A stretch of DNA of 64,000 nt from Gallionella sp. (GTDB taxonomy: Bacteria; Pseudomonadota; Gammaproteobacteria; Burkholderiales; Gallionellaceae): assembly GCA_028688275.1 (NCBI GenBank), contig JAQTYN010000003.1, positions 1,358-65,357 on the forward strand, written 5' to 3'. A program made the position numbers and the translations under genes. The notes below the pieces were generated by a model. It was given only the letters and a program-made list of their open reading frames with translations, was not told where the DNA came from and made no database searches. This document shows, in pieces, positions 1-8,590 of this stretch. Each line of letters starts with the position of its first letter. The first letter of the stretch is position 1.

Positions 1-2
1 GG

Positions 3-266
3 ATGGAACTGGCGGAGGTGCGGCAAGCCTTGTCCGAAGCCAGCGCGGGGATTGGGCGGGTCACGACACCTGCGCAAACGTTGGTGCGGGCAGCACGGGT
101 AAAAACAGGTTTGTCGCAACAGGCTTTTGCCGATCGCATCGCCACCCCCGTGGCAACCTTGCGCGATTGGGAACAAGGTCGATTTTCACCACCTGGTGGG
201 ATTCTCTGTCTGCTGCGGTTACTTGAGCGACATCCTGATTTAAGCGATGAATTGGCGTTGGCGTAA
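3..266 (+). CDS. XRE-family helix-turn-helix protein (HigA/NadS-like antitoxin), probably 5'-truncated by the window edge
   Basis: LSQQAFADRIATPVATLRDWEQGRFSP matches the XRE HTH 'WEQGR' signature. The frame is open to the window start. Confidence 0.8.
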   Translation: MELAEVRQALSEASAGIGRVTTPAQTLVRAARVKTGLSQQAFADRIATPVATLRDWEQGRFSPPGGILCLLRLLERHPDLSDELALA

Positions 267-306
267 GACATTCGCGTCAGCAATCTGCCTTTTTTCGCCC
301 CAATCA

Positions 307-331
307 GCGGGTTGCTCAACAGCGAACCCGC
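307..331. terminator. Hairpin between convergent TA genes, possible terminator
   Basis: GCGGGTT..AACCCGC stem with a T-run at 290-295. Confidence 0.4.
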
Positions 332-336
332 CCACC

Positions 337-423
337 TCAAGCCAACATCTCCAACCCATTCCGTTCCACAATATTCAGCAATTTCAAAGCAATACCGCTA
401 GGACTTTTCTCGCCGACTTCCCA
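337..423 (-). pseudogene. C-terminal remnant of a second XRE/HigA-type antitoxin
   Basis: The minus strand reads WEVGEKSPSGIALKLLNIVERNGLEMLA*, the typical HigA-like tail. There is an in-frame stop four codons upstream and no start codon. Confidence 0.65.
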
Positions 424-452
424 TTCAAGGCTTTATATTTGGGCGAATCAGC

Positions 453-1130
453 TTATTCAATCTGCTCAAAAATCAGCAATGCACACGCCACGCAAGTGGA
501 TTTGACGGTTTCCCAGTCATGCCAACGGGGGGCTAGGTTTTTGTATTCGGACAAATTAACGTCTTCTAAATCGTATGGCAGCGGATTGGCAAGCTGGATT
601 TGCAATTGTTGCAAGGCAGATTCACCGTTGGTTTGAGGATACAAACGGTCGAAATTTTGTAATGCTTGCACCAATGCGGCATCACCAATATGTGCCGCCA
701 GAGCAACAAAATCGAGATAATCGCGGGTGGCGTTGCGTTTGAGTATTAACACGCCTTTGATGCGCAAAATTTCCGCTTGTGTCGGCACGGTGATGGTTTT
801 GCCAAAACATTCGACTTGTGTGATTTCCAGCGGCTGTTCGCGAATCAGTTGTCGTATGCCCGTTTCAATGCCGTCCAAGCTCCCCAAAATTTGCACGGGG
901 CGTTGGACGCGGGCGGTTTTCCAGCCTGCAATGGATTCCAACTCTGCCAATATCGCATCGAAGCGCGGGCGTAGATCGGTTAAAACATGATCTGCATCCA
1001 CGGATAAGCGGTGTTCCGCATACAAAGCCGATGCCGTGCCGCCAACCAACACAGCGTCAGGCAAAATGCGTTGCAAACGCGCGGCAGAGGACAGCACTCG
1101 CTCCCAATCAGGCAAGTTGTTGTTCGACAT
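453..1130 (-). CDS. Nucleotidyltransferase, AbiEii/MenT-like (Pol-beta superfamily) putative toxin
   Basis: LVGGTASALYAEHRLSVDADH (GG..DxD) and K..KRNATRDYLD motifs. The ATG at 1130 overlaps the end of the upstream small ORF. Confidence 0.75.
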   Translation of the reverse strand: MSNNNLPDWERVLSSAARLQRILPDAVLVGGTASALYAEHRLSVDADHVLTDLRPRFDAILAELESIAGWKTARVQRPVQILGSLDGIETGIRQLIREQPLEITQVECFGKTITVPTQAEILRIKGVLILKRNATRDYLDFVALAAHIGDAALVQALQNFDRLYPQTNGESALQQLQIQLANPLPYDLEDVNLSEYKNLAPRWHDWETVKSTCVACALLIFEQIE

Positions 1131-1329
1131 AGTGTTTCCAAAGATGGTATCGCTGGGCGTAAGGGTCGTGGGTATGCGCGCCGCATACGCGGAGAATCTT
1201 TTCCAGCAACAGCGGGTTGTCCAGCACCGCATGGCGCAAGCCTGACCAGTCTTGTCGTTGACCACGCCCAATCACGTCGTCAATGGCTGCGAGGGTGAAA
1301 TTTTGGTGGTTTAGGTGGCGGTGTTGCAT
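1108..1329 (-). CDS. 73-aa hypothetical protein, putative cognate antitoxin of the nucleotidyltransferase
   Basis: ATG-started ORF overlapping the NTase start by 23 nt, the usual antitoxin-toxin layout. Confidence 0.7.
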   Translation of the reverse strand: MQHRHLNHQNFTLAAIDDVIGRGQRQDWSGLRHAVLDNPLLLEKILRVCGAHTHDPYAQRYHLWKHYVEQQLA

Positions 1330-1543
1330 GATTTTGGGGTAAAAAGTGAGGAGGTCGAATTATATACCGTTGCCTTATTTTTTTACCCATCACCTTCTCA
1401 ACACTCGCATCGGTTTAAACGCACACCTTAGTCAAATTGCGCTTAAGATAAGCACTTGCATCCAAAGTATAAGCAACTGGGTGTGATGCAAATATCCGTA
1501 ACTTCCCTTGCGCCTTGAAAAGCGCGTCCAACAGGAGATAATC

Positions 1544-2560
1544 ATGACGATTGCAGATGAACTACAAAGTACGATAGACCAGATGGTGCAGCGCGGCAAA
1601 GGCATACTGGCGGCGGATGAGAGCCAGCCGACTATTGCCAAACGCTTTGCTGCGATTGGGGTGGAAGCGACGGCGGAGCATTGTCGAACTTACCGTAGCC
1701 TGTTGTTTGCCGCACCTGGGATTGAGGAGTACATCAGCGGTGTGATTGAATTCGAGGACACTCTCGCGCAGACTGATGATGCTGGCGTGTTGCTACCTAT
1801 GGTGTTGGCGCAGCGCGGCATTGTGCCAGGGGTGAAGGTCGATAAAGGCAAAGGAGCGTTGGCACTGTCACCTGACGATTCGATTACTTACGGTTTGGAT
1901 GGATTGGCGGAACGCTTGGCGCACTATAAAAGCCAAGGCGCGTGCTTTGCCAAGTGGCGAGAAGTGTATGCGATTGGTGAACATTTCCCTTCCGCACTGG
2001 GCATCACTGCCAACGCCGAAATGCTGGCACGTTATGCAGCCGTTTGTCAGGAACAAGGTATCGTGCCCATCGTCGAGCCAGAGGTGCTGATTGACGGCAA
2101 TCACAGCATGGCGCGCTGCGCCGAGGTGACCGAAGCGGTGCAAAAGGAGATTTTTCACGCGCTGCACCGCCATCATGTGGTGCTGGAACACATCATCCTC
2201 AAACCCAATATGGTGCTGCCAGGCAAAGATCATCCCGTGCGCGCCAGTGCCGAAGCCATCGCAGCCGCCACATTGCAAGTTTTCCGCCGCACCGTTCCCA
2301 TGGCAGTCCCTAGCATCAATTTCCTGTCAGGGGGCTTGAGTCCAGAAGCGGCAACCGCCAACCTCAACGCCATGAATGTCGCCATGCCGAATGCCCCTTG
2401 GCTGCTGTCATTTTCTTATGGTCGCGCCCTGCAAGAGACCGTGTTGCAAGCGTGGCAGGGCAAAGCCGAAAACATCGCCGCCGCCCAACAAGCCTTGTTG
2501 AAACGCGCAAGACTGAATGGCGCAGCGCAACGGGGTGAGTATTCATCGGCGATGGAGTGA
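1544..2560 (+). CDS. fba: Class I fructose-bisphosphate aldolase (eukaryote-like family)
   Basis: GKGILAADES, FAKWR, PIVEPEV, LKPNMV, FLSGG and FSYGRALQ motifs. AGGAG RBS precedes the ATG at 1544. Confidence 0.95.
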   Translation: MTIADELQSTIDQMVQRGKGILAADESQPTIAKRFAAIGVEATAEHCRTYRSLLFAAPGIEEYISGVIEFEDTLAQTDDAGVLLPMVLAQRGIVPGVKVDKGKGALALSPDDSITYGLDGLAERLAHYKSQGACFAKWREVYAIGEHFPSALGITANAEMLARYAAVCQEQGIVPIVEPEVLIDGNHSMARCAEVTEAVQKEIFHALHRHHVVLEHIILKPNMVLPGKDHPVRASAEAIAAATLQVFRRTVPMAVPSINFLSGGLSPEAATANLNAMNVAMPNAPWLLSFSYGRALQETVLQAWQGKAENIAAAQQALLKRARLNGAAQRGEYSSAME

Positions 2561-2577
2561 TTTTTGTTGAGTGAATT

Positions 2578-2677
2578 GTAGGGGCGGATGCGTGGGCGCA
2601 TGTTTTGCAGCAGCTTGTTAAGGTAAAATCAGTCGCAAATCATTTTATCTTCTTTGTGTGCTACATCGTGCCCACGC
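2578..2677. repeat. Degenerate GTAG-type REP doublet
   Basis: GTAGGGG..GCGTGGGCGCATG pairs imperfectly with CATCGTGCCCACGC. Confidence 0.4.
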
Positions 2678-2694
2678 TTTAATTCCTAATCTAC

Positions 2695-3990
2695 ATGAAT
2701 CTAAATCAAAAAATAGCCATAATCGGCGGTGGCTACGCGGGCATGGCGGCGGCGGTGACACTGGCGCAGCGCGGCGTTGCCGTCACCGTGTTTGAAAGTG
2801 CCAAGCAACTCGGCGGACGGGCGCGGGGTGTGAGCTATCAAGACACGCAATTGGATAACGGGCAGCATTTGTTGCTGGGCTGTTATCGGGAAACTTTGCG
2901 CCTGATTGAGTTAGTCGGCGGCAATATCGAACAAGACTTTGTGCGCTTCCCGCTGCAATTGGAGTTGCATGAACAGTTTTCCTTAAAAGCCCCCAACTTG
3001 CCCGCACCGCTGCATTTGTTGGTGGCGTTTGTGCAGGCGCAAGGGCTGACGTGGGCGGATCGTTTGAAGGCGGCGGGGTTTATGGTGCGCTTGCAACTGG
3101 CGAAGTTTCGTTTGGATCAGTTGCAACGCGGCATGACGGATTGCACCGTGGAGGAACTGATGACCCGTTATGGGCAAACAGGCGATCTGACCTTAAAGCT
3201 GTGGGAACCGCTGTGCATCGCCGCTTTGAATACGCCCATTGCACAGGCTTCGGCGCAAGTGTTGCTGAATGTGCTGCGTGATTCGCTGAATCAAACCCGT
3301 GCCGACAGCGATATGTTGTTGCCGCGTATGAATTTCACCGCCTTGTTTCCGCAACGCGCCGCGCAATATGTGGAGGCGCAGGGCGGAAAAGTGCATCTTG
3401 TGTGTGGTGTTGAAACGCTACGGCAAGTCGAGCATGGTTTTGAGCTGACTACGCCGCAAGGCACGGAATTGTTCGATAAAGTCATCTGCGCCACCTCGCC
3501 CAGCGTCGCCGCGCGCTTGCTACGTGACACGTTGGACGTGAGTTTAATTGCCGCTTTGCCGCAACAACCGATTTACACCGTGTATTTGCAATACCCCGCC
3601 GAATGCCGTTTGCCCACGCCGATGTTGGGCTTGCATCAGTGCACTAGCCAATGGCTATTCGACAAAGGACAAATCGCGGGGCAGCACGGCTTAATCGCCT
3701 CGGTGATTAGCGCGGAAGGCTTGCACCAAGAGTTAAGCCAAGACCAGCTCGCACTCGCGGTTGCAGCTGAACTCCAACAAAAATTTGCCTTCCCCGAAGC
3801 CCCCGTTTGGTACAAAGTCATCGCCGAAAAGCGCGCCACCTTCTCCTGCAACGCTCACCTCGTCCGCCCCGACCAATGCACCAGCGTGTCAAATTTATGG
3901 CTGGCGGGCGATTACACCGCAGGCGATTATCCTGCCACCTTGGAAGGCGCGGTGATGAGTGGGGTCAAGTGCGCGAGGGAAATTTCGTAG
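2695..3990 (+). CDS. hpnE: Hydroxysqualene dehydroxylase (FAD-dependent oxidoreductase)
   Basis: IAIIGGGYAG FAD motif, LGGRAR, DNGQHLLLGCY, EKRATF and AGDYT..YPATLEGAV. Confidence 0.85.
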   Translation: MNLNQKIAIIGGGYAGMAAAVTLAQRGVAVTVFESAKQLGGRARGVSYQDTQLDNGQHLLLGCYRETLRLIELVGGNIEQDFVRFPLQLELHEQFSLKAPNLPAPLHLLVAFVQAQGLTWADRLKAAGFMVRLQLAKFRLDQLQRGMTDCTVEELMTRYGQTGDLTLKLWEPLCIAALNTPIAQASAQVLLNVLRDSLNQTRADSDMLLPRMNFTALFPQRAAQYVEAQGGKVHLVCGVETLRQVEHGFELTTPQGTELFDKVICATSPSVAARLLRDTLDVSLIAALPQQPIYTVYLQYPAECRLPTPMLGLHQCTSQWLFDKGQIAGQHGLIASVISAEGLHQELSQDQLALAVAAELQQKFAFPEAPVWYKVIAEKRATFSCNAHLVRPDQCTSVSNLWLAGDYTAGDYPATLEGAVMSGVKCAREIS

Positions 3991-4020
3991 GTCGAGTAAG
4001 GTGATTGCACCGTACCCGAC
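3987..4020 (+). repeat. GTAG-type REP hairpin overlapping the hpnE stop
   Basis: GTAG followed by GTCGAGTAAGGTG-ATTG-CACCGTACCCGAC imperfect palindrome. Confidence 0.6.
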
Positions 4021-4145
4021 TTTTTTGAGGTTCTTGTTGGGCTGCGTTATAAAACCACAAACACGACCAGAGTTTATACGTTGCATTCATACTTTGAATA
4101 CGCTACATTATTCTCCATTAACTTCCTACTTTTTAGGAGACTATT

Positions 4146-4370
4146 ATGTATGCGGAAAAACTGTCTGTTTCGATTCCTGCGGGACTCGTTGGATTTATTG
4201 AACAATATCGCGCCACGCACGCGCTCAAAAGCCGTTCTCAAGTGATCGGGGCTGCGCTGGAATTGCTGCGTCAGCGCGAATTGGAAACGGCGTATCTCGC
4301 CGCCAGCCAAGAAGTCGATGCCGATTGGGAGCAAACCACAGCGGATGGGTTGAATCATGAAACGTGGTGA
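4146..4370 (+). CDS. Ribbon-helix-helix (CopG/MazE-type) antitoxin
   Basis: KLSVSIP..SRSQVI..AL RHH pattern and acidic tail. It overlaps the toxin start and has an AGGAG RBS. Confidence 0.85.
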   Translation: MYAEKLSVSIPAGLVGFIEQYRATHALKSRSQVIGAALELLRQRELETAYLAASQEVDADWEQTTADGLNHETW

Positions 4371-4692
4371 AATTTGGTTTGCCGATTTAAATCCTACACG
4401 AGGCTCGGAAATCGCCAAATGCCGCCCCGTGCTGATCGTCAGTAACGATGCAAACAACCGCGCCGCCAGCACCATCACCATCCTGCCGCTGACTTCCAAT
4501 GTGGCAAAGGTCTATCCCTTTGAAGTCCTGCTCACCGCCGCCGAATCAGGCTTACCCAAAGACTCCAAAATCCAAGCCCAACAAATCCGCACCATTACCA
4601 AAGAACGCATCACGGGCAACGCGGTCGGGAGTGTGTCAAAACCAACGCTACAATTGGTTGACGCGGCGATTCGGTTGCATTTGGGGGTGTAA
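4357..4692 (+). CDS. mazF: PemK/MazF-family endoribonuclease toxin
   Basis: MKRGEIWFADLNPTRGSEIAKCRPVLIVSND..ILPLTS..SKIQAQQIRTI. Confidence 0.92.
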   Translation: MKRGEIWFADLNPTRGSEIAKCRPVLIVSNDANNRAASTITILPLTSNVAKVYPFEVLLTAAESGLPKDSKIQAQQIRTITKERITGNAVGSVSKPTLQLVDAAIRLHLGV

Positions 4693-4706
4693 AAATAACA
4701 TGGAGA

Positions 4707-4925
4707 ATGCAGATGAATACTTTGATTCGCCCAACTGATAACGAAAACGCAGCTATCACAACGGCGGCATTATCCGATCCCGACGCGCTGCTGCTGACCG
4801 ATATCGAACGGGTGCAAGTTTGTCTTTCGGGCAGTGATTTTGCCCAAAGCATTCACAAGCACTTTGCCGATCTTGGCTTAGATGAACTACCGATTCCACC
4901 GCGTCAGGTTTGGCAAGTGCGTTAA
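4707..4925 (+). pseudogene. 72-aa chimeric antitoxin-like ORF (BrnA-like N-terminus, FitA/StbC-like C-terminus)
   Basis: GGAGA RBS. PTDNENAAITTAALSDPDALLLTD resembles the BrnA N-terminus and SIHKHFADLGLDELPIPPR resembles the FitA-like tail (recognised from memory). Confidence 0.45.
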
Positions 4926-4986
4926 TGGTAAACTTGCCCCCGCGTGCTTCAATTTAAGTTAGCAAATTTTCAGCACATAGCTTTAA

Positions 4987-5088
4987 CTCCCCTCGCCCAC
5001 TTGTGGGAGAGGGGCTGGGGGAGAGGGAATGCACCCGAAAATCAAAACGCCCCTCTCCCTAACCCTCTCCCGCAAGCGTGAGAGGGAA
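4987..5088. repeat. CCCTCTCCC/GGGAGAGGG palindromic repeat, copy A
   Basis: Two nested hairpins, closely similar to 29376-29473. Confidence 0.85.
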
Positions 5089-5158
5089 TTGCCGCATTAG
5101 TGATGGATAGGGTGGATGGTAAAATTGCCCCTCGCAAGAAAGGAAGCGGTCGATTGAT

Positions 5159-5350
5159 ATGAAAGCAAATGAGTTTGAACAACGATTTGAGGCGGGGAAG
5201 ATATTTTGGATGCGCTTGATCTTTCCAAAGCCCGTCGAGTTGCACAGGGTCAAAAACGGGTCAACGTGGATCTCCCTGCTTGGATGGTGGAGTCTTTGGA
5301 TAGAGAGGCCAGCCGCGTCGGGGTGAGCCGACATCCATTATCAAAGTTTC
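5159..5350 (+). pseudogene. Frameshifted CopG/BrnA-type antitoxin preceded by a BrnT-like 3' remnant
   Basis: Restoring two 1-nt deletions gives MKANEFEQRFEAG-EDILDALDLSKARRVAQGQKRVNVDLPAWMVESLDREASRVGVSR-SIIKV. Confidence 0.7.
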
Positions 5351-5392
5351 GTAAGGCAGTTTCGCGCAGCAACCCACCAAAATAGGACGAAT

Positions 5393-6277
5393 TTGAATAT
5401 GAATACCTTTAATCCTCTACTTGATTATCTGCATCAGTCTTTGTGCATAGACTATTTTAGTCCTTATAATTGTTATTATTATTATGATGGAGAGAAAAAA
5501 CTCGAAGGGAGGGCTACTTTTTTCATGCGTCCTTCTAATTACTCCCCTTGTGCGCCTTTACAGCTACAAATAATGATCGCATTTACTATTCTTGACGGAC
5601 TTATTGATGAAGCCAATCCCGACCTTGTTGATTATAGCTTCGATAAAAAATATAAGGCGTTGCCAGTATCAACAAACATCGAAAAAATTAAACAATCTAT
5701 TTATCGTATTATTCGGTTGATTCGGAACAAGATAACGCATTCCCCAACAGAAATAGGCTATTCGGATGAGGAATTAACAATTAAGGAATTCAAAATATCT
5801 AGACACGCATTAACTGCGCTAATAGAGTTGATACTTGTATTTGTTGAATATAAAACCGTTACGGATAAATACTTTGAGTTAATCGTCAGTAGCTACTACA
5901 GGAGTATTCAACGTGGCATTTCTGGCTCCCCAGACACTCACACACCCTCACTTCATAATGTCTCCGTGGAAAATAAAAACTTCTATCACAAACAACGACA
6001 TTTATTTTGCATTAAAAATGTTGATTTAAACCTAAATAATTGTGTTTCTATTAAGCGCTCCCATTGTGACTATGAAATTATCGACTCTGATGGACAAAAA
6101 TTTCGAGTGAAAGATCGGGATGATTATTTAATAAAGATCAAAGATGATGGTCTATTTCTTATTCCTGGGTTTCAGATTGCAGATAGGGAGCTGATTGAAT
6201 ATGAGTTGCTAAATCAATGGCGCATTGAGGAAAATTGGTTTGGCAAATTGAAAATTCTTACGCAAATAGAGATATAG
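5393..6277 (+). CDS. AT-rich hypothetical protein with an RxxxxH (HEPN-like) motif
   Basis: 294-aa ORF with an AGGA RBS and a helical segment ending RLIRNKITH. Confidence 0.7.
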   Translation: MNMNTFNPLLDYLHQSLCIDYFSPYNCYYYYDGEKKLEGRATFFMRPSNYSPCAPLQLQIMIAFTILDGLIDEANPDLVDYSFDKKYKALPVSTNIEKIKQSIYRIIRLIRNKITHSPTEIGYSDEELTIKEFKISRHALTALIELILVFVEYKTVTDKYFELIVSSYYRSIQRGISGSPDTHTPSLHNVSVENKNFYHKQRHLFCIKNVDLNLNNCVSIKRSHCDYEIIDSDGQKFRVKDRDDYLIKIKDDGLFLIPGFQIADRELIEYELLNQWRIEENWFGKLKILTQIEI

Positions 6278-6284
6278 TTCACCG

Positions 6285-6362
6285 TTGTGGCTTAAGCGCG
6301 AAGCCCAACATTCCCCCGCGTTAATTTGTTTGTTGGGCTTCACTTCGTTCAACCCAACCTAC
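6285..6362. repeat. GTAG-type REP doublet (AAGCCCAACA/TGTTGGGCTT family)
   Basis: Ends in CAACCCAACCTAC (reverse complement GTAGGTTGGGTTG). Homologous to 27311-27388. Confidence 0.8.
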
Positions 6363-6367
6363 TAACA

Positions 6368-6395
6368 TTTCACCTTTCCCGTTTCACTTTTCACC
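6368..6395. repeat. Degenerate heptamer tandem repeat (TTTCACC)4
   Basis: TTTCACC TTTCCCG TTTCACT TTTCACC directly upstream of uvrB. Confidence 0.6.
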
Positions 6396-6402
6396 ATCAT
6401 AA

Positions 6403-8421
6403 ATGTCAATAAAAACCTTCCCCAACAGCCCGTACCGCCTACATCAACCCTTTGAACCTGCTGGCGATCAGCCGACGGCGATTGCGCAGTTGATCGAGGG
6501 GATTAACGACGGGTTGGCGTTTCAGACTTTGTTGGGGGTGACGGGGTCGGGCAAGACGTTCACAATGGCGAATGTGATTGCGCGGACGGGGAGGCCTGCG
6601 ATGGTGATGGCACCGAATAAGACGTTGGCGGCGCAATTGTATTCCGAGATGCGTGAGTTTTTCCCTGAAAATGCGGTGGAATACTTTGTTTCCTACTACG
6701 ATTATTACCAGCCCGAAGCCTACGTGCCGTCGCGGGATATGTTTATCGAAAAGGATTCGAGCATTAACGAGCAAATCGAGCAGATGCGGCTGTCGGCGAC
6801 TAAGGCGATTTTGGAACGGCAAGATTGCATTATCGTGGCGACGGTGTCGGCGATTTATGGCATTGGCGATCCTGTGGATTATCACGGCATGATTTTGCAT
6901 TTGCGGGCACAGGAAAAAACCAGCCAGCGCGACATGATTAAACGCTTGATTGATATGCAATATGAGCGCAATGAGCTGGATTTTTCACGTGGCAAGTTTC
7001 GGGTGCGCGGCGATGTGATTGATATTTTTCCTGCGGAAAGCAACGAATTCGCGCTGCGTGTCACGCTATTTGATGACGAAGTGGAAACACTCGCGCTGTT
7101 TGACCCACTGACGGGGCATATTTTGCAAAAAATGCCGCGCTACACGGTGTATCCGTCCAGCCATTATGTGACCCCGCGCAGCACGGTGTTGGGCGCGATT
7201 GAAACCATTAAGACTGAACTTGCGTCCCGCATTGCGTTTTATCAACGCGAAAATCAATTGGTGGAAGCCCAGCGTATTGAGCAGCGCACGCGGCACGACT
7301 TGGAAATGCTGAATGAAATCGGCTTTTGCAAAGGCATTGAAAATTATTCGCGGCATTTGTCGGGACGACCCGAAGGAGCTGCGCCACCAACCTTATTGGA
7401 CTATCTGCCGCCCGACGCGCTGATGTTTCTGGACGAAAGCCATGTGATGATTCCGCAAATCGGCGGGATGTACAAAGGGGATCGTGCCCGTAAAGAAAAT
7501 CTGGTGAATTACGGCTTTCGGTTGCCGTCGGCGATGGATAACCGCCCGCTGCGCTTTGATGAATTTGAAGGGATGATGCGCCAAAGCGTGTTTATTTCTG
7601 CCACGCCTGCGGTGTATGAAGCCGAACATGCAGGGCAAGTGGTGGAGCAAGTGGTGCGCCCGACGGGGTTGATTGATCCTGTGATTGAAGTGCGTCCTGC
7701 CGTTAATCAAGTCGATGATTTAATGTCTGAAATTCGCTTACGTATCAAAGCGGGTGAACGGGTGTTGGTGACTACCTTGACCAAGCGCATGTCGGAAGAT
7801 TTGACCGACTATCTTTCCGAACACGGCATCAAAGTGCGTTATTTGCATTCCGACATCGAAACGGTGGAGCGCGTGGAAATCATCCGCGATTTGCGCCTTG
7901 GGATGTTCGATGTGCTGATTGGGATTAACCTGCTGCGCGAAGGGCTGGACATTCCCGAAGTGTCGCTGGTGGCGATTTTAGATGCGGACAAAGAAGGCTT
8001 TTTGCGCTCGGAACGCTCGCTGATTCAAACCATCGGACGCGCTGCCCGTCATTTGCACGGCAAAGCCTTGTTGTATGGTGACAAAATTACCCGCTCCATG
8101 CAGGCGGCAATTAGCGAAACCGACCGCCGCCGCGAAAAACAAATCGCCCACAACCTCGCCCACGGCATTACCCCTGTTGGTGTGCAAAAACGCATCAAAG
8201 ACATTATCGAAGGCGGCTATGAGTCCGATGTGGCGCGCAGCGATCTCAAAATGGCGCAAAGCAAGGCAAAATATCAAGCGATGAGCGAGAAGGAAATCTC
8301 CAAAGAAATCACCAAGCTGGAAAAATCCATGCTCGAAGCTGCCAAGAATCTGGAATTTGAAAAAGCCAGCGAATTCCGCGACCAATTACGCAAGCTGCGG
8401 GATAGTGTGTTGTTGGGGTAA
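6403..8421 (+). CDS. uvrB: Excinuclease ABC subunit B
   Basis: [35 protein letters not shown] and C-terminal UVR motif. Confidence 0.99.
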   Translation: MSIKTFPNSPYRLHQPFEPAGDQPTAIAQLIEGINDGLAFQTLLGVTGSGKTFTMANVIARTGRPAMVMAPNKTLAAQLYSEMREFFPENAVEYFVSYYDYYQPEAYVPSRDMFIEKDSSINEQIEQMRLSATKAILERQDCIIVATVSAIYGIGDPVDYHGMILHLRAQEKTSQRDMIKRLIDMQYERNELDFSRGKFRVRGDVIDIFPAESNEFALRVTLFDDEVETLALFDPLTGHILQKMPRYTVYPSSHYVTPRSTVLGAIETIKTELASRIAFYQRENQLVEAQRIEQRTRHDLEMLNEIGFCKGIENYSRHLSGRPEGAAPPTLLDYLPPDALMFLDESHVMIPQIGGMYKGDRARKENLVNYGFRLPSAMDNRPLRFDEFEGMMRQSVFISATPAVYEAEHAGQVVEQVVRPTGLIDPVIEVRPAVNQVDDLMSEIRLRIKAGERVLVTTLTKRMSEDLTDYLSEHGIKVRYLHSDIETVERVEIIRDLRLGMFDVLIGINLLREGLDIPEVSLVAILDADKEGFLRSERSLIQTIGRAARHLHGKALLYGDKITRSMQAAISETDRRREKQIAHNLAHGITPVGVQKRIKDIIEGGYESDVARSDLKMAQSKAKYQAMSEKEISKEITKLEKSMLEAAKNLEFEKASEFRDQLRKLRDSVLLG

Positions 8422-8506
8422 AACTTGGTAGGGCAGGGGGGGGGGTAGGATAGGCAGTTTAACGCGGTTAGGGACGTGTGCTGACTCAGTCTTCCCTTCG
8501 CGGTGG

Positions 8507-8573
8507 CCTTGAGCTTGCCGAAGCTGGCACTAGGATTATTTCGCTCACCCTTCGACAGGCTCAGGGCGAGCGG
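8507..8573. repeat. CCCTTCGACAGGCTCAGGG-family palindromic repeat
   Basis: CCTTGAGCTTGCCGAAG pairs with CTTCGACAGGCTCAGG. Confidence 0.7.
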
Positions 8574-8590
8574 ATTCAATCTGTGCTGCT

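Noticed and set aside
4074-4499. 141-aa ORF antisense to the mazEF pair as a third TA component
   Set aside because: It lies wholly opposite two real genes, has an atypical composition and has no supporting signals.
8436-8445. Run of 10 G as a phase-variation tract
   Set aside because: It is intergenic between convergent genes, not in a CDS or promoter, and may be a sequencing homopolymer artefact.
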